Below are positions 18,064 through 28,462 of a stretch of DNA of 64,000 nt, piece after piece. The notes beneath the pieces were generated by a model, which had not been told where the DNA came from, did no database searches, and was given only the letters and a program-made list of their open reading frames with translations. The DNA comes from Patescibacteria group bacterium (GTDB lineage Bacteria > Patescibacteriota > Dojkabacteria > GCA-002793355): NCBI GenBank assembly GCA_016860985.1, contig BOKM01000001.1, positions 399,462 to 463,461 of the forward strand, in the 5' to 3' direction. The translations under genes were made by a program, and so were the position numbers. Each line of letters opens with the position of its first letter. Position 1 is the first letter of the stretch.

Positions 18064-20061
18064 CTATTTGGTATAAAAGACAAAATATTTTTTTACTTTG
18101 ATACCTGTTGCAATATCTTGGAATTCCATAATATACGCATACTTGCGTTTTGTAGGTAACAGATAATTAGTGCGAACACTAAGAGAGGTTGAAGATTTCC
18201 AAATTTTAGTGAATCCTTGATTACCCTTTTTCACATAATCATACAAGAAGAACTGGGTTACTTTAATCTTTTTGGGATCATAATTCTTCAAATAGACCAT
18301 ATCCCAAGATCGAAGCTGCGAGGTAGTAAAAGTTTTACCATACCGTAACCGCCCAAAAGTAAAATATACATTAGTCAATGTTGTTGGAAGATCTGCAGTA
18401 AACAATGTTTTTGTTGGACTCGTGCGATAAGACTCCGTTTCTGGCGAACCTGTTTGATCGTATGCACATTCAACACCAAACAAAATAATGTCGTTAGGTT
18501 GTACACTAGTGTGGACGGTGAAAGTAGCACTCAAAGGTACCGTTGCCCCTGCAGCAAACGCAACTGGTGAATCAAAGGTTACTGTTGAGTACAGTGTGTT
18601 TTCGCTTATTGATGTAATTTGAGTCGCCCCTTGCGAGATAAGTGAGATAGAAAATGCAGGTGCAGTTTGTGTTCTTGTTGTATTTTTGCTCGTAACCGTA
18701 CACGAGTTAATCTGTGCTGCGAATGTAGAATTATTTGTAATTTCAATATTCTGAGTGTAGGTAACCCCTTTTTTCACGGGATTAATTGGTGAAGGATAAG
18801 TAACCGCCGTTGCAGAATAAATTTGTGATAAATCTAAAACGCCATTTCCAAAAGTTGTGTCGTAACCTGCAGCTCCCAAATCTCTAATAGTCGTCGTATT
18901 AAGGAGTGATAAAATATACGCTCGTTTATCAGGACACACAGAAAGCCCTGGGTTTGCGGTACACTGCTCGTCAACCATACCTTTGACTATACCCGCTACT
19001 CCAGAATAATAAGCAGTCGATATACTTGTACCACTCACTGCCCCATATCCACCTCCTCTTAGTGTTGTAGAGATATCTACTCCTGGAGTCATCACATCAA
19101 GATTTGCGCCGTAATTGCTAAAACCTGCCTTTGCATCTGTATTGTCCGTCGAGCCAACACACACAACGTTTTCGTATCCTGCTGGATAAAGACACCCTTC
19201 TGTTCCGCCATTACCTGCAGCGGCGACCACAATAATACCTGCATCAGTTGCTGCCTGGACTGCTGATTGAATGAGTGCATTTGCACTACCCCCTAGACTC
19301 AAATTAATCACATCTACCCCTGCCAAAACGGCTGCGTCAATCCCCTCTGCAATCGAGACCGAATCACAATCACCACTAGAATTACAAACTTTAAATGGAA
19401 GAATTTTGGCGCTATATGCGATACCTTTGAATCCAATACTATTATCGACGCTCGCAATTGCCCCTGCCATAGCTGTGCCATGCCCTTGATCGTCTGTTGG
19501 ATCCGCGTCGTCATTTACAAAATCGTAACCTCCAGGCAAAAAAACATCTGCTAAATCAGGGTGAGTAAAATCGACTCCTGTATCTATTAATCCAATTACA
19601 ACATTTTCACCTGAATAATTTGCAGCATTTTCCCATGCTGCTTCTCCATTCATTTTTGTGATCCCCCAATCGACTGATTGTTGCGAAATTTTATAGGTAT
19701 CGTTGTTGTAGCCCGCTTCAACCAAAGGATGTTCCATTAGTTTTTGATACCTACTTTCGTCTTTTGGTGTAATAACATATTTATTCTTTCCTCGTTTACG
19801 TTTTTGAAATATAACACTGAATTCTGATTCTAGAGTGCTCATTTCTTCCGATGTTAGTTCCCGAACGAACTGAACCACACGAGTCTTTGTTTTATGTGAC
19901 ACTTGAACCACGGCACGAGACTCTTTTTTATTATTCTCAACAATTGGAAGCACAACCCCATTGGAACCCGAATCTGTTGCGAAAACTGCTTTAACTGCAA
20001 TAAATGGGTGTAAAAACAGTATTGTGACAAGTAAGAGTGCCTGAATCCTTAGCAATTTCAT
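18064..20061 (-). CDS. Subtilisin-like serine protease (peptidase S8) with an N-terminal I9 pro-domain and a C-terminal extension
   Basis: Asp/His/Ser catalytic triad motifs: GLIDTGVDFTHPDL, DDQGHGTAMAG and GTSISTAYYSGVAGIV. Likely start at MKLLRIQ with a signal peptide. Confidence 0.85.
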   Translation of the reverse strand: MKLLRIQALLLVTILFLHPFIAVKAVFATDSGSNGVVLPIVENNKKESRAVVQVSHKTKTRVVQFVRELTSEEMSTLESEFSVIFQKRKRGKNKYVITPKDESRYQKLMEHPLVEAGYNNDTYKISQQSVDWGITKMNGEAAWENAANYSGENVVIGLIDTGVDFTHPDLADVFLPGGYDFVNDDADPTDDQGHGTAMAGAIASVDNSIGFKGIAYSAKILPFKVCNSSGDCDSVSIAEGIDAAVLAGVDVINLSLGGSANALIQSAVQAATDAGIIVVAAAGNGGTEGCLYPAGYENVVCVGSTDNTDAKAGFSNYGANLDVMTPGVDISTTLRGGGYGAVSGTSISTAYYSGVAGIVKGMVDEQCTANPGLSVCPDKRAYILSLLNTTTIRDLGAAGYDTTFGNGVLDLSQIYSATAVTYPSPINPVKKGVTYTQNIEITNNSTFAAQINSCTVTSKNTTRTQTAPAFSISLISQGATQITSISENTLYSTVTFDSPVAFAAGATVPLSATFTVHTSVQPNDIILFGVECAYDQTGSPETESYRTSPTKTLFTADLPTTLTNVYFTFGRLRYGKTFTTSQLRSWDMVYLKNYDPKKIKVTQFFLYDYVKKGNQGFTKIWKSSTSLSVRTNYLLPTKRKYAYIMEFQDIATGIKVKKYFVFYTK

Positions 20062-20128
20062 TAAATCAGTATAACATAATGCGCACATTTCCCGCTTGCA
20101 ACAATACTAATCTGCTACAATAGATGAC

Positions 20129-21889
20129 ATGAGAAAGTCAGTGCTTAGCACAATTACAATTATCGCAACAACCGCAGTGTCTTTGGTTTTATTCCGCCCA
20201 ACCGAAGATTCAACGAATAGTACAAAAAAGGATATTCCTTCAGAAGTCAAAGGTATCGTAACCGCACTCGAGCCAAAAATTACTTCCTCCTCCACTATCG
20301 ACGTGACACCTTCTCCCTCTCCTTCCACACAACCATCAATCACGCCAACACCAACTATTATTTCAACTCAATCTACTCAGAAAGAACAATCCGGTTTGCA
20401 AGTACAACGAGTTTCCCCTGAGCCTGAGAAGAAAACGACTACCGAAGCAGGAGCAGTTACTACATTAAGCCTCAATAATCTGCAAAAAGGTACGCTTTAC
20501 GAGGTTAAGCTCCCATTAGATATCTCAGCAAGCAACCTCAGTATTTCTTGGCCAGCAAGTAGCAGCATACCTTTATGGACAACTACACTCCCGACAAGTA
20601 TTTCACAACTTGCACCTCTTCCGCACGACGACGACATGATAACGGTGGAACTGACGAATCACTCTGGTCTTCTCCCTTTTCCCGTAGGCAAAACCTTATA
20701 CCTTTATCCGACACAAACAATTGCGAAAGCGACAATATCTCTCATTGCACCAAATGCAGAAGTTAACTCTCACAAAATCTCTACCACCGGTGTATATAAT
20801 TCTAACTCTGGGGCAAGTTATACCTCCCTAAATATTAAGACTCGTGATGAATGGGGAGCAAACCCTGCAACCTGGGATTCGAATACAAGCGCAAACATAG
20901 ACGATCCCTCACGGCTTATTTGGTATCCGGTTTATTACAAGGCATCCAGAATTGTTGTTCACCACACAGCAACAGGTATAAATACAACAAACCCTGCAGC
21001 ATCAGTTCGTGCCATATATCTTTATCATGCATACACACGAAAATGGGGTGACATAGGTTACAACTTCCTTATTGATCACAACGGTACAATCTACGAAGGC
21101 AAAGCAGGTGGGGATGAAACGCAAGGATACCATGCCTTTGGCGCAGCAAATCGAATGAGTGTAGGGATTAGCGTAATTGGCGATTACTCCTACTCGGCAC
21201 CATCGTCTAAAGCTAGAAGTTCTCTTGTAAAACTCATGGCAGAAAAAGCAGCATTCTACGGTTTTCGACTCAAATATTCAGACGGAGGAACTGCAAAGTG
21301 GAGAGATATTTCATATACAGTATTTGGGCACAGAACCTCTTATCAGTGGGATTACGATACTAATTCTTGGAAAGTTAATCAAACCGCTTGTCCAGGAAAT
21401 GCATTCGCAGCTATTCTTCCATCTTTAACTCAAGAGGCAGAAAATTACAGGAGCGCTAACTACTCAAGCCTAAAAAAACTTGCTCAAGATGTTGATGCAG
21501 CTTTTGAAGAACCACATGATCAGGGTACAATTATTGTTCGGTATAACGTTCCCGAAGATACAACAGAAGAAGTAATGCGTACATTTGTTCCAGCATATAG
21601 CGGAATAAAAAGTTACACGATTAGCGGAAATACAATAACGTACAAAATTGAAAGTGGGATAGTGATTCACCCCTACTACGGAGATTCAGAGTACCTAGTT
21701 GTACCAGATAACTGGACAGGATATGACGGTGAATACGCCACATTCAGTATCCCTTACGAAATGAACGGAGTAAAAGACAGATCAAAAACACTGCTTAAAG
21801 TTTTCAAACTGGATAGCAGAGTTCAAGCAGCAGATTTAAAGCATTATCTTCAAGTTCAAGAAATTGAGCCGCTTCAAAATGAAGATTAG
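20129..21889 (+). CDS. N-acetylmuramoyl-L-alanine amidase (Amidase_2/PGRP family) with a signal peptide, Ser/Thr/Pro linker and C-terminal extension
   Basis: The segment VVHHTA..IGYNFLIDHNGTIYEGK..GYHAFGAANRMSVGISVIGDY carries the Amidase_2 zinc-site motifs. Confidence 0.8.
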   Translation: MRKSVLSTITIIATTAVSLVLFRPTEDSTNSTKKDIPSEVKGIVTALEPKITSSSTIDVTPSPSPSTQPSITPTPTIISTQSTQKEQSGLQVQRVSPEPEKKTTTEAGAVTTLSLNNLQKGTLYEVKLPLDISASNLSISWPASSSIPLWTTTLPTSISQLAPLPHDDDMITVELTNHSGLLPFPVGKTLYLYPTQTIAKATISLIAPNAEVNSHKISTTGVYNSNSGASYTSLNIKTRDEWGANPATWDSNTSANIDDPSRLIWYPVYYKASRIVVHHTATGINTTNPAASVRAIYLYHAYTRKWGDIGYNFLIDHNGTIYEGKAGGDETQGYHAFGAANRMSVGISVIGDYSYSAPSSKARSSLVKLMAEKAAFYGFRLKYSDGGTAKWRDISYTVFGHRTSYQWDYDTNSWKVNQTACPGNAFAAILPSLTQEAENYRSANYSSLKKLAQDVDAAFEEPHDQGTIIVRYNVPEDTTEEVMRTFVPAYSGIKSYTISGNTITYKIESGIVIHPYYGDSEYLVVPDNWTGYDGEYATFSIPYEMNGVKDRSKTLLKVFKLDSRVQAADLKHYLQVQEIEPLQNED

Positions 21890-21973
21890 ATGAAGATTTT
21901 TGTCGTGCTATAGAAAACATCGATTTGCCCGTGTTATTAAAACGAACTATTGCATTACAGTTTGACACTAACT

Positions 21974-21982
21974 TGTTATAAT
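21974..21982 (+). promoter_or_regulatory. Extended -10 element TGtTATAAT immediately upstream of the 21985/22012 start
   Basis: The sequence tgttataat ends 2 nt before the annotated ATG. This implies either a leaderless transcript or use of the downstream MKRN start at 22012. Confidence 0.3.
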
Positions 21983-21984
21983 GA

Positions 21985-23211
21985 ATGTATAAATTTGCCC
22001 TCAGTTCACTCATGAAAAGAAATATAATTGCGGTTGGAATAATTTCTGCCTTGTCCATAGGTACCCTTACGCTTGTGCTTTCAAATTCATCAATTCCAGG
22101 GGATTTACTCTACAGGGTTGATCGAGGTGCCGAAAATACATGGCTTGCAATTACTGCCAATACGAACAAACTCGTATTCGGTAAATATAACTTGCAACTT
22201 GCGAAAGAGAGAACCGGCGAAATCAAGACGCTCTCAAATTCGAACATGGTAAAGAGCGCTACTATTAGAGTATACGCAGCTTCAACAAACGCAGATCAGC
22301 AAGTTATTAACGGACTTCTTGAAGATATCAAATACAACCTTACCTCTGCCAAAGAAATTATTCCAGAACTCTCCGCAAGTAATCAGACTGAATTCTCAGT
22401 TGATGTTGCTCAAGGATTAACAGAAATTGCTCAAGAATTAACGACCATCACTGAATCACTCCCCGAAACTTCGCTCTCACAGCTTGACGATTTAGTTAAT
22501 ACAATTGAAGACCTTGATGACACCGCAGTCGACATGCTCGCAAAAGCAGAAGACGAAAGTGAGGACGAGTCAGATGATGACAATGAAGTTTCTTCAACTC
22601 TTACCGCAAAATTAGAGCGTAAACTTTTAAAGCTTAGAGAAGAACATAGAATTTATTCCGCGCTACTACAACAAAACACAGCAAAAATTACACCTGAAAA
22701 AGCTGCTACCGCAGAAACCCTCTTACAACAAGTGACTGCAAGTTTGCAAGACGCAGAGAGTAAATTAGCCACGGGCGAATTAAAACTTGTTGCGGATATT
22801 ATCGACCGAACTGACGATGATTTGGATAAAGTAAAGGATTTGGTAAAAGTCGAAGACAACGACGAATCAGAGGGCGAAAACAGTAACGACCAAGATGAAT
22901 CGAACGATGATGATTCAAATGACCAACAAGACGAAGACAGTAATGACGATTCAAAAGACGAAAACGAAGATGAATCAGAACAAGAAGATGAGGAGGATGA
23001 CGAAAAAACGACCGTTACTCCTACTCCATCCAAAGTAGCCACTACTTCGACTCCAAAACCTTCAAAGACCCCAGAACCAACCGAAGTTGAGGACGAGGAA
23101 GAAGATGAATCAGAAAATGAAGAAGAGGACAGTGAGGATGAAGATGTAGAAGGAGCAACGACAAGACTTATAGAGTTAAAGGACATACTTCGCAATCGGC
23201 TAAGAATCTAG
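21985..23211 (+). CDS. Membrane-anchored coiled-coil protein with a long Asp/Glu-rich acidic tail, possibly DUF5667-like
   Basis: N-terminal anchor. PGDLLYRVDRGAEN resembles the DUF5667 N-region. A DE-rich low-complexity tract spans 22850..23160. Confidence 0.45.
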   Translation: MYKFALSSLMKRNIIAVGIISALSIGTLTLVLSNSSIPGDLLYRVDRGAENTWLAITANTNKLVFGKYNLQLAKERTGEIKTLSNSNMVKSATIRVYAASTNADQQVINGLLEDIKYNLTSAKEIIPELSASNQTEFSVDVAQGLTEIAQELTTITESLPETSLSQLDDLVNTIEDLDDTAVDMLAKAEDESEDESDDDNEVSSTLTAKLERKLLKLREEHRIYSALLQQNTAKITPEKAATAETLLQQVTASLQDAESKLATGELKLVADIIDRTDDDLDKVKDLVKVEDNDESEGENSNDQDESNDDDSNDQQDEDSNDDSKDENEDESEQEDEEDDEKTTVTPTPSKVATTSTPKPSKTPEPTEVEDEEEDESENEEEDSEDEDVEGATTRLIELKDILRNRLRI

Positions 23212-23222
23212 TATAGTGGTTC

Positions 23223-24257
23223 ATGCAGCTTGACCAAGGAACAACCTCTAGCAAAAACCTTGGGATAGAATTACTTAGAGTACTTTCGGTGCTTTATATC
23301 GTAGGATTCTGGCACTTACTCAACTACACAGAAGCGATTCCTAACTACAATAATATTGCGACCTCAACCCTAACAGATATTATTCTAGCGACTTTCGTTT
23401 TTATTAGTGGATTCTTTGCAGCAACAAAATTCAAGGAAATTAACGTAGCAAGTGTACTCTCATTTTTTTCGAGAAAGATCCTACGCATCTATCCACTCTA
23501 CTTTTTAGCAATTGTGTCCTTTTTCCTTCTCGGACTGAACTCGGCGATGATATCCGCCAAGGCACTGGTTTTTCTTTCGATGCTTTTTAAACCTGCGCCG
23601 CAAACACTTTGGTTTATAACTATGATTATGCTTTTTATGTTTTTTACTCCCGTTTTTTCGCTTCTTGCGCAAAAGCTTAGTCTTAGGAATTATTGGAGGA
23701 TTGTTATCCTCGGCGTTCTTGGTGGAACATTATGGTACTACTTCTTTCGAACTATAGATCTTCGTTTACTACTCTACTTCCCGGCTTATATGACTAGCAT
23801 TCTTCTCGCACAAAACAGAATCCCCTTAGCGCCTAAACATCCAGGACTTCTGGTTATCGCGTTCGGAACTCTACTGCTTTCATTACCGGAACTAAACTCC
23901 GGTGGGATTACAATACTATTAAATCTTCCGCTCGTTACGCTTACCTCTTATTTGCTTTTTTCTTATTTTTACCGCCTAAAATTTTCTCGTATTAAGTATC
24001 TTTCGCTCCTCACTTTTGTTGGATATGCAAGTTATGCCCTTTACCTTTTCCACCGGCCACTTCTTGTAATGATGAAAACTGTATATTTTCCTGAAGACCT
24101 ACTCCAACAATTACTCATACTTGTATTCATTTATCTTCCCTTTACCATTATATTCGCGTTTGATATTCAGAAACTATATGATTTATTCCAAAACTATCTC
24201 TATGGATATTTCACAAGACAAAAAAACAAGGTGTCCTTGGTGTCTCGCGACACCTGA
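23223..24257 (+). CDS. Acyltransferase family 3 (OafA/YrhL-like) integral membrane protein
   Basis: About 10 TM helices. FISGFF, ILRIYPLYF and SYALYLFHRPLL are signatures of acyltransferase family 3. Confidence 0.55.
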   Translation: MQLDQGTTSSKNLGIELLRVLSVLYIVGFWHLLNYTEAIPNYNNIATSTLTDIILATFVFISGFFAATKFKEINVASVLSFFSRKILRIYPLYFLAIVSFFLLGLNSAMISAKALVFLSMLFKPAPQTLWFITMIMLFMFFTPVFSLLAQKLSLRNYWRIVILGVLGGTLWYYFFRTIDLRLLLYFPAYMTSILLAQNRIPLAPKHPGLLVIAFGTLLLSLPELNSGGITILLNLPLVTLTSYLLFSYFYRLKFSRIKYLSLLTFVGYASYALYLFHRPLLVMMKTVYFPEDLLQQLLILVFIYLPFTIIFAFDIQKLYDLFQNYLYGYFTRQKNKVSLVSRDT

Positions 24258-24819
24258 ATATATCGAATATCACGATACTGAATGGGGAGTGCCGACACAC
24301 GATGATGCACGCCATTTTGAATTTCTTATTCTAGAAGCTGCCCAAGCTGGATTAAGTTGGTTAACAATTTTACGTAAGCGCCAGGCGTATAAAATTGCCT
24401 TTGCAGACTTTGATGCAAATATTGTTGCCACGTATGGAGAAAAAGAGATTAACAAACTTCTATTAAATGAGGGGATTATTCGAAATCGTATGAAAATTAC
24501 GGCAGCAATAAACAATGCTCAACACTTCCTTCAGATTCAGAAAGATTGGGGTTCATTTGATTCATATTTATGGTCTTTTACTGAGAATAAAGTGATACAT
24601 AATAATTGGGAAAACATGCAACAGGTGCCTGCGCGTTCAGAACTTTCTGACAAGGTAAGTGCAGACTTAAAAAAGCGAGGATTTTCGTTTATCGGGACAA
24701 CAATAATGTACGCACATCTTCAAGCTGTTGGAGTCATAAACGATCATATAGTGTCTTGCTTTAGGCACGAGAATTTGCAGAGATTTACGCAAAATGCTAA
24801 TGTAATGGATGCCCCTTAG
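24199..24819 (+). CDS. tag: DNA-3-methyladenine glycosylase I
   Basis: RCPWC..P.Y..YHDTEWGVP..DD..LFE.L.LEAAQAGLSWLTIL.KR..Y..AF..FD...VA......I..LL.NEGIIRNRMKI.A.I.NAQ...IQK..GSF..YLWSF aligns along the whole length with E. coli Tag, including the zinc ligands. The start at MDISQ (24199) overlaps the upstream gene by 59 nt. Confidence 0.9.
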   Translation, partial: SMDISQDKKTRCPWCLATPEYIEYHDTEWGVPTHDDARHFEFLILEAAQAGLSWLTILRKRQAYKIAFADFDANIVATYGEKEINKLLLNEGIIRNRMKITAAINNAQHFLQIQKDWGSFDSYLWSFTENKVIHNNWENMQQVPARSELSDKVSADLKKRGFSFIGTTIMYAHLQAVGVINDHIVSCFRHENLQRFTQNANVMDAP

Positions 24820-25768
24820 TAAAGGATTGCTCATTGTTCTCACGATAATAATTTCGCTTGTTGGATTGTTTTTGGGCGGATATTTGTACCAAACACTAAG
24901 CAACCTGGACCTCGTTTCACCGAACAGAATAGAAAATAAACATTACTTCTCAGACGAAATTTTTATTAATGGACTCGGTCCGAACAACGAACCACTTTTC
25001 ATTCATCTTCTGTTAAACCGAAAACAGCGTGCCTCTGGCGACTACCTACATTATTACACCATGGAGATTGTTTCCCCCTCTCTGTCCAGAAAAATTATGC
25101 AGGAACAAGTATCAGCAGATGCAACTCTAATACCGCTACATGGCATTAAAAATATTACTCGCCAAACAGAGGAGGATCTATCTACGAGAGAGAGTTATGC
25201 CATAACCTTAGACTTTGGCAAAGAGATAGCGCTAAAGCTTTCACGATTCCAAGGAGATTTCCTACTCCATAACAAACTCGATCATACGAAGTACGCGAGT
25301 GCTGGTAAGGCCCTTATTACATTAGATGGCAAGGAATATGAACTAAACGCCCTCCTGACCAAGACCTTTGCACAAAACTATTCTACCTACGTATTTTTCG
25401 ACAATTTCGATCAACTCGATTCAACTACACACGTTGTTGTAGCTTGGGACCAAAACGACCAACTCTATTACCTCGACACTTCAGATACTCGCAGCAAGCA
25501 TACCGGTTATGGTTCCCATAAATGGGGATACTTTGGCAGCAAGCTTGGAGGGAAAAAACTCAGTAATATTACCATCACACACGCAACAACTGGAAAGAAC
25601 CCAACAGAATGGCAGGTCTCACTCCCCGAAATCGAAGATGGTGCACGATTAGAATTTAAGGTCAACTACCATGATTTATCACGTGCGGCTGGCTTACTGA
25701 AAGGAAAAGTAAAACTTGGAGAAACAGAAACTGAAATCTCAGGGTATGCAATTTATGCGGAGTATTAA
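24809..25768 (+). CDS. Membrane-anchored protein of unknown function, paralog A
   Basis: N-terminal TM. Shares NKHYF, FD.F.QL.ST.H..V.WD and ISGY motifs with the next gene. Confidence 0.45.
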   Translation: MPLSKGLLIVLTIIISLVGLFLGGYLYQTLSNLDLVSPNRIENKHYFSDEIFINGLGPNNEPLFIHLLLNRKQRASGDYLHYYTMEIVSPSLSRKIMQEQVSADATLIPLHGIKNITRQTEEDLSTRESYAITLDFGKEIALKLSRFQGDFLLHNKLDHTKYASAGKALITLDGKEYELNALLTKTFAQNYSTYVFFDNFDQLDSTTHVVVAWDQNDQLYYLDTSDTRSKHTGYGSHKWGYFGSKLGGKKLSNITITHATTGKNPTEWQVSLPEIEDGARLEFKVNYHDLSRAAGLLKGKVKLGETETEISGYAIYAEY

Positions 25769-25770
25769 TT

Positions 25771-26727
25771 ATGAATAAAAACGCACTCTTTATAACATTC
25801 CTTGTACTGTTTTTTGTTTCAATCGGAGGTGGCTTATTTCTATCAATAAAAATGCATGAGCTTGGTCTTGGTAACCGAATATCACGTCAGACCAACAAGC
25901 ATTACTTCAATGATAATTTCATTGTTTATGGCGTAGATAACAGAGGTACCCCTTTTCTGGCAGAAATATACTTGCAACGCAGTCAAAAAGATACAGGTGA
26001 GTTTGCTCATTTTTATAGAGTTGGCGTGTATTCTAACGGAAAGTTTTCTGAAAGCGAACAGCAAAAAACAATGCCCAAGCCAGAGATACAACCTTTCACC
26101 TTTCTCGACAGTTTTAAAACTTCATTTGGGGCAGATTTTTCTGCAAAACAAACATTTGTTATCGATTTTACCGTAGATTCAATTTCTTATTCATTGGCAA
26201 CTGATATTTTTAATGGTGATTTTATCGTAAGGAATGATCCTGATTATATGAAACATGTCAGTTTTGCTAATGGTACACTTGCAAGAGAAAAAGAGATTAT
26301 TCCTGTCAGTATTGCATATCTCGGAACTTATGCCGAAGATAGCAATAAGTACATATATTTTGATGGGTTTTATCAACTGCAGTCAACAGCACACCTTCTC
26401 GTACTTTGGGATGAAGCAAAAAATGTATACCTCATTGATAAATCACGGGTAAAAAGTACGCATCAGTTCTACAAATCACACACATGGGTGCTTAATAAAA
26501 GCGCCGACGGATATCTACAAAAAGCTTTTACGGCAGGTTTAAGCTACAATGAGTCCGAAGAATACCCCACTAAATGGATTATTACCCTTCCGACACTACA
26601 GAACGCAACACTTAGTCTTGAGACTGATTTCCTAAACGATACTGCATGGGGATATACGACAGGAACAATAAATGATAATGCCGGAATCCGTAAAATAAGC
26701 GGATATTCCCTCCTTACCTATTACTAA
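25771..26727 (+). CDS. Membrane-anchored protein of unknown function, paralog B
   Basis: Same length and the same conserved motifs as 24809..25768. Begins 2 nt after it. Confidence 0.45.
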   Translation: MNKNALFITFLVLFFVSIGGGLFLSIKMHELGLGNRISRQTNKHYFNDNFIVYGVDNRGTPFLAEIYLQRSQKDTGEFAHFYRVGVYSNGKFSESEQQKTMPKPEIQPFTFLDSFKTSFGADFSAKQTFVIDFTVDSISYSLATDIFNGDFIVRNDPDYMKHVSFANGTLAREKEIIPVSIAYLGTYAEDSNKYIYFDGFYQLQSTAHLLVLWDEAKNVYLIDKSRVKSTHQFYKSHTWVLNKSADGYLQKAFTAGLSYNESEEYPTKWIITLPTLQNATLSLETDFLNDTAWGYTTGTINDNAGIRKISGYSLLTYY

Positions 26728-27026
26728 CGTTTAAGGTAGTAAATAATACCAGTAATTGCTGCAATAATCGCAATAATTACCAACCACGTAACAAGGACTA
26801 ATAAAAAGAACTTTTTCTTAGAAGATTTATATTTATCAATATTGATAAATACAGAAATAAGGGTAACAGGTAAACTCGCTATCGCTAGAACAATGCCGAT
26901 TATCTGTGTTAAGCCCAAAATTACAGGAACAACAACGACAATAGCTTTTGCTGGATATACCATTGCAATCGTAAATAATAGGGTAAGAGTGTACAATATG
27001 CCAGCTACGAATTTCCAATATTTCAT
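26724..27026 (-). CDS. Small hydrophobic membrane protein
   Basis: 100 aa, about 3 TM helices, with a KR-rich C-terminal end. Confidence 0.35.
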   Translation of the reverse strand: MKYWKFVAGILYTLTLLFTIAMVYPAKAIVVVVPVILGLTQIIGIVLAIASLPVTLISVFINIDKYKSSKKKFFLLVLVTWLVIIAIIAAITGIIYYLKR

Positions 27027-27028
27027 AT

Positions 27029-28462
27029 ATGAATAATAGCACTACAACTCAAGATGCACTAAGTGAGCTTCAATCTCACATGCAGCCATTTTCACTATAC
27101 TATCAATCAGAAGCGGCAGCGCTTGTTGAGTTCCCTACTCCCTTTACCGCATCAGTAATTTCCAGACTTTTTTCGTTTGAAGGTTCTCAAGGTATTGCCT
27201 ATAAATCGCTTGGGTTGCCAATTACCAAATACAAAACAGACGACTATGTAAAATATCTATTTAGTCGAGTGTATCTTGATATTGGTTATGAAAACATCTT
27301 TTTTTATCAAAATCTTGGCTTAAGATACATGCCAGAAGAATCAGGATCAAATCCCGAACTGAAACCACTACAAAACATTGTTAGTCGATTAATTGGCGCA
27401 CTACGCAACGCGTTTGTACATGCCAGCATCCTTCAGCAAAAACAACAAATCATAAACAAGGCACAATCTTTGTTTGAGCGATTGTATCCACAGCGACCAT
27501 CGCAACAAACAAAAAGTGACTCAGTTGCCCAACTAGAGGTACTCGTCAAAGAGTTCACCGAAGATTATGCTGTTATATTTGAACTCTCGTATCTTGAAGG
27601 GTTAATCGCGCAAACTTTACCACAAGAAGAAATCGCCAGACTTTCCCCCGCCAGTAGTGATCTGTATGTAGAATCGAACGATATATTGGGCAGTAAAGAC
27701 ATATCAGTCACAGAGATTATTGAGAGATTTGGAACAAGGGGATTTAATGATTTTGAATTTGCTGCACCACGATGGCACGAAATTCCGGACGTTTTGCAAA
27801 AATTACGTTCTCCACAAACGCAACAAGCACCGATTGCAGCTACTACTACAAATCAAAGAACGATTGAACTTCAAGAAATCATTACGTTAAAAGACAATCT
27901 TCGGCTTGCAATTACCGTATACGTCGATTCCATTAGAAAAGCACTCTTTTCGATTGCAAATGCACATGAACTTACAAATGATTTAGTCTTTTATCTCACA
28001 CTTGATGATTTTGAAAGACTTAAACCAAACGAGTGGCTCAATGCCGCTCGTCGGCGCAAAAATGAATATGAAACTGGAAAGGCAGTATATCTTCCACGAT
28101 TTATCACAAGAGATACTGTCACGCAAGAAAATACGATTCAAATAAAAAATCAATACAAAGCAATTCCCGTCTCAAGTGGAAGCGTGACTGCCCCAATATT
28201 TAAGGTAAGTAATTCAGAAAAAGAAATACCACAAGGGATTATTCTTTTGTTACCTCACGCCGGACCTGAGTTTACCGTCTTTTATAAAAATGCAGTTGGA
28301 ATTATTTTTCAGAAAGGAGGAATACTGTCGCATGGTGCCATAATCGCCCGAGAAATGCGTATTCCCGCAGTTGTTTGCGCTGACTTTGATTCAAATGCAC
28401 AACTTGCAATTCTTGATGCCTCAAAAGGAGAAATAAGCTTAACTGAGGAATCTGCGGCATGA
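27029..28462 (+). CDS. PEP-utilizing enzyme mobile (phosphohistidine) domain protein with a large N-terminal domain of unknown function
   Basis: The C-terminal ~90 aa are GSVTAPIF..LLLPHAGPEFTVFYKNAVGIIFQKGGILSHGAIIAREMRIPAVV, a typical PEP-utilizers His-swivel domain with the GGxxSHxAIxARE motif. Confidence 0.65.
   Translation: MNNSTTTQDALSELQSHMQPFSLYYQSEAAALVEFPTPFTASVISRLFSFEGSQGIAYKSLGLPITKYKTDDYVKYLFSRVYLDIGYENIFFYQNLGLRYMPEESGSNPELKPLQNIVSRLIGALRNAFVHASILQQKQQIINKAQSLFERLYPQRPSQQTKSDSVAQLEVLVKEFTEDYAVIFELSYLEGLIAQTLPQEEIARLSPASSDLYVESNDILGSKDISVTEIIERFGTRGFNDFEFAAPRWHEIPDVLQKLRSPQTQQAPIAATTTNQRTIELQEIITLKDNLRLAITVYVDSIRKALFSIANAHELTNDLVFYLTLDDFERLKPNEWLNAARRRKNEYETGKAVYLPRFITRDTVTQENTIQIKNQYKAIPVSSGSVTAPIFKVSNSEKEIPQGIILLLPHAGPEFTVFYKNAVGIIFQKGGILSHGAIIAREMRIPAVVCADFDSNAQLAILDASKGEISLTEESAA

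Noticed and set aside
22653-23195. A 180-aa Ser-rich ORF on the minus strand
   Set aside because: It is the antisense reading of the Asp/Glu-rich (GAn/GAT-rich) tail of gene 21985..23211, a low-complexity artefact.
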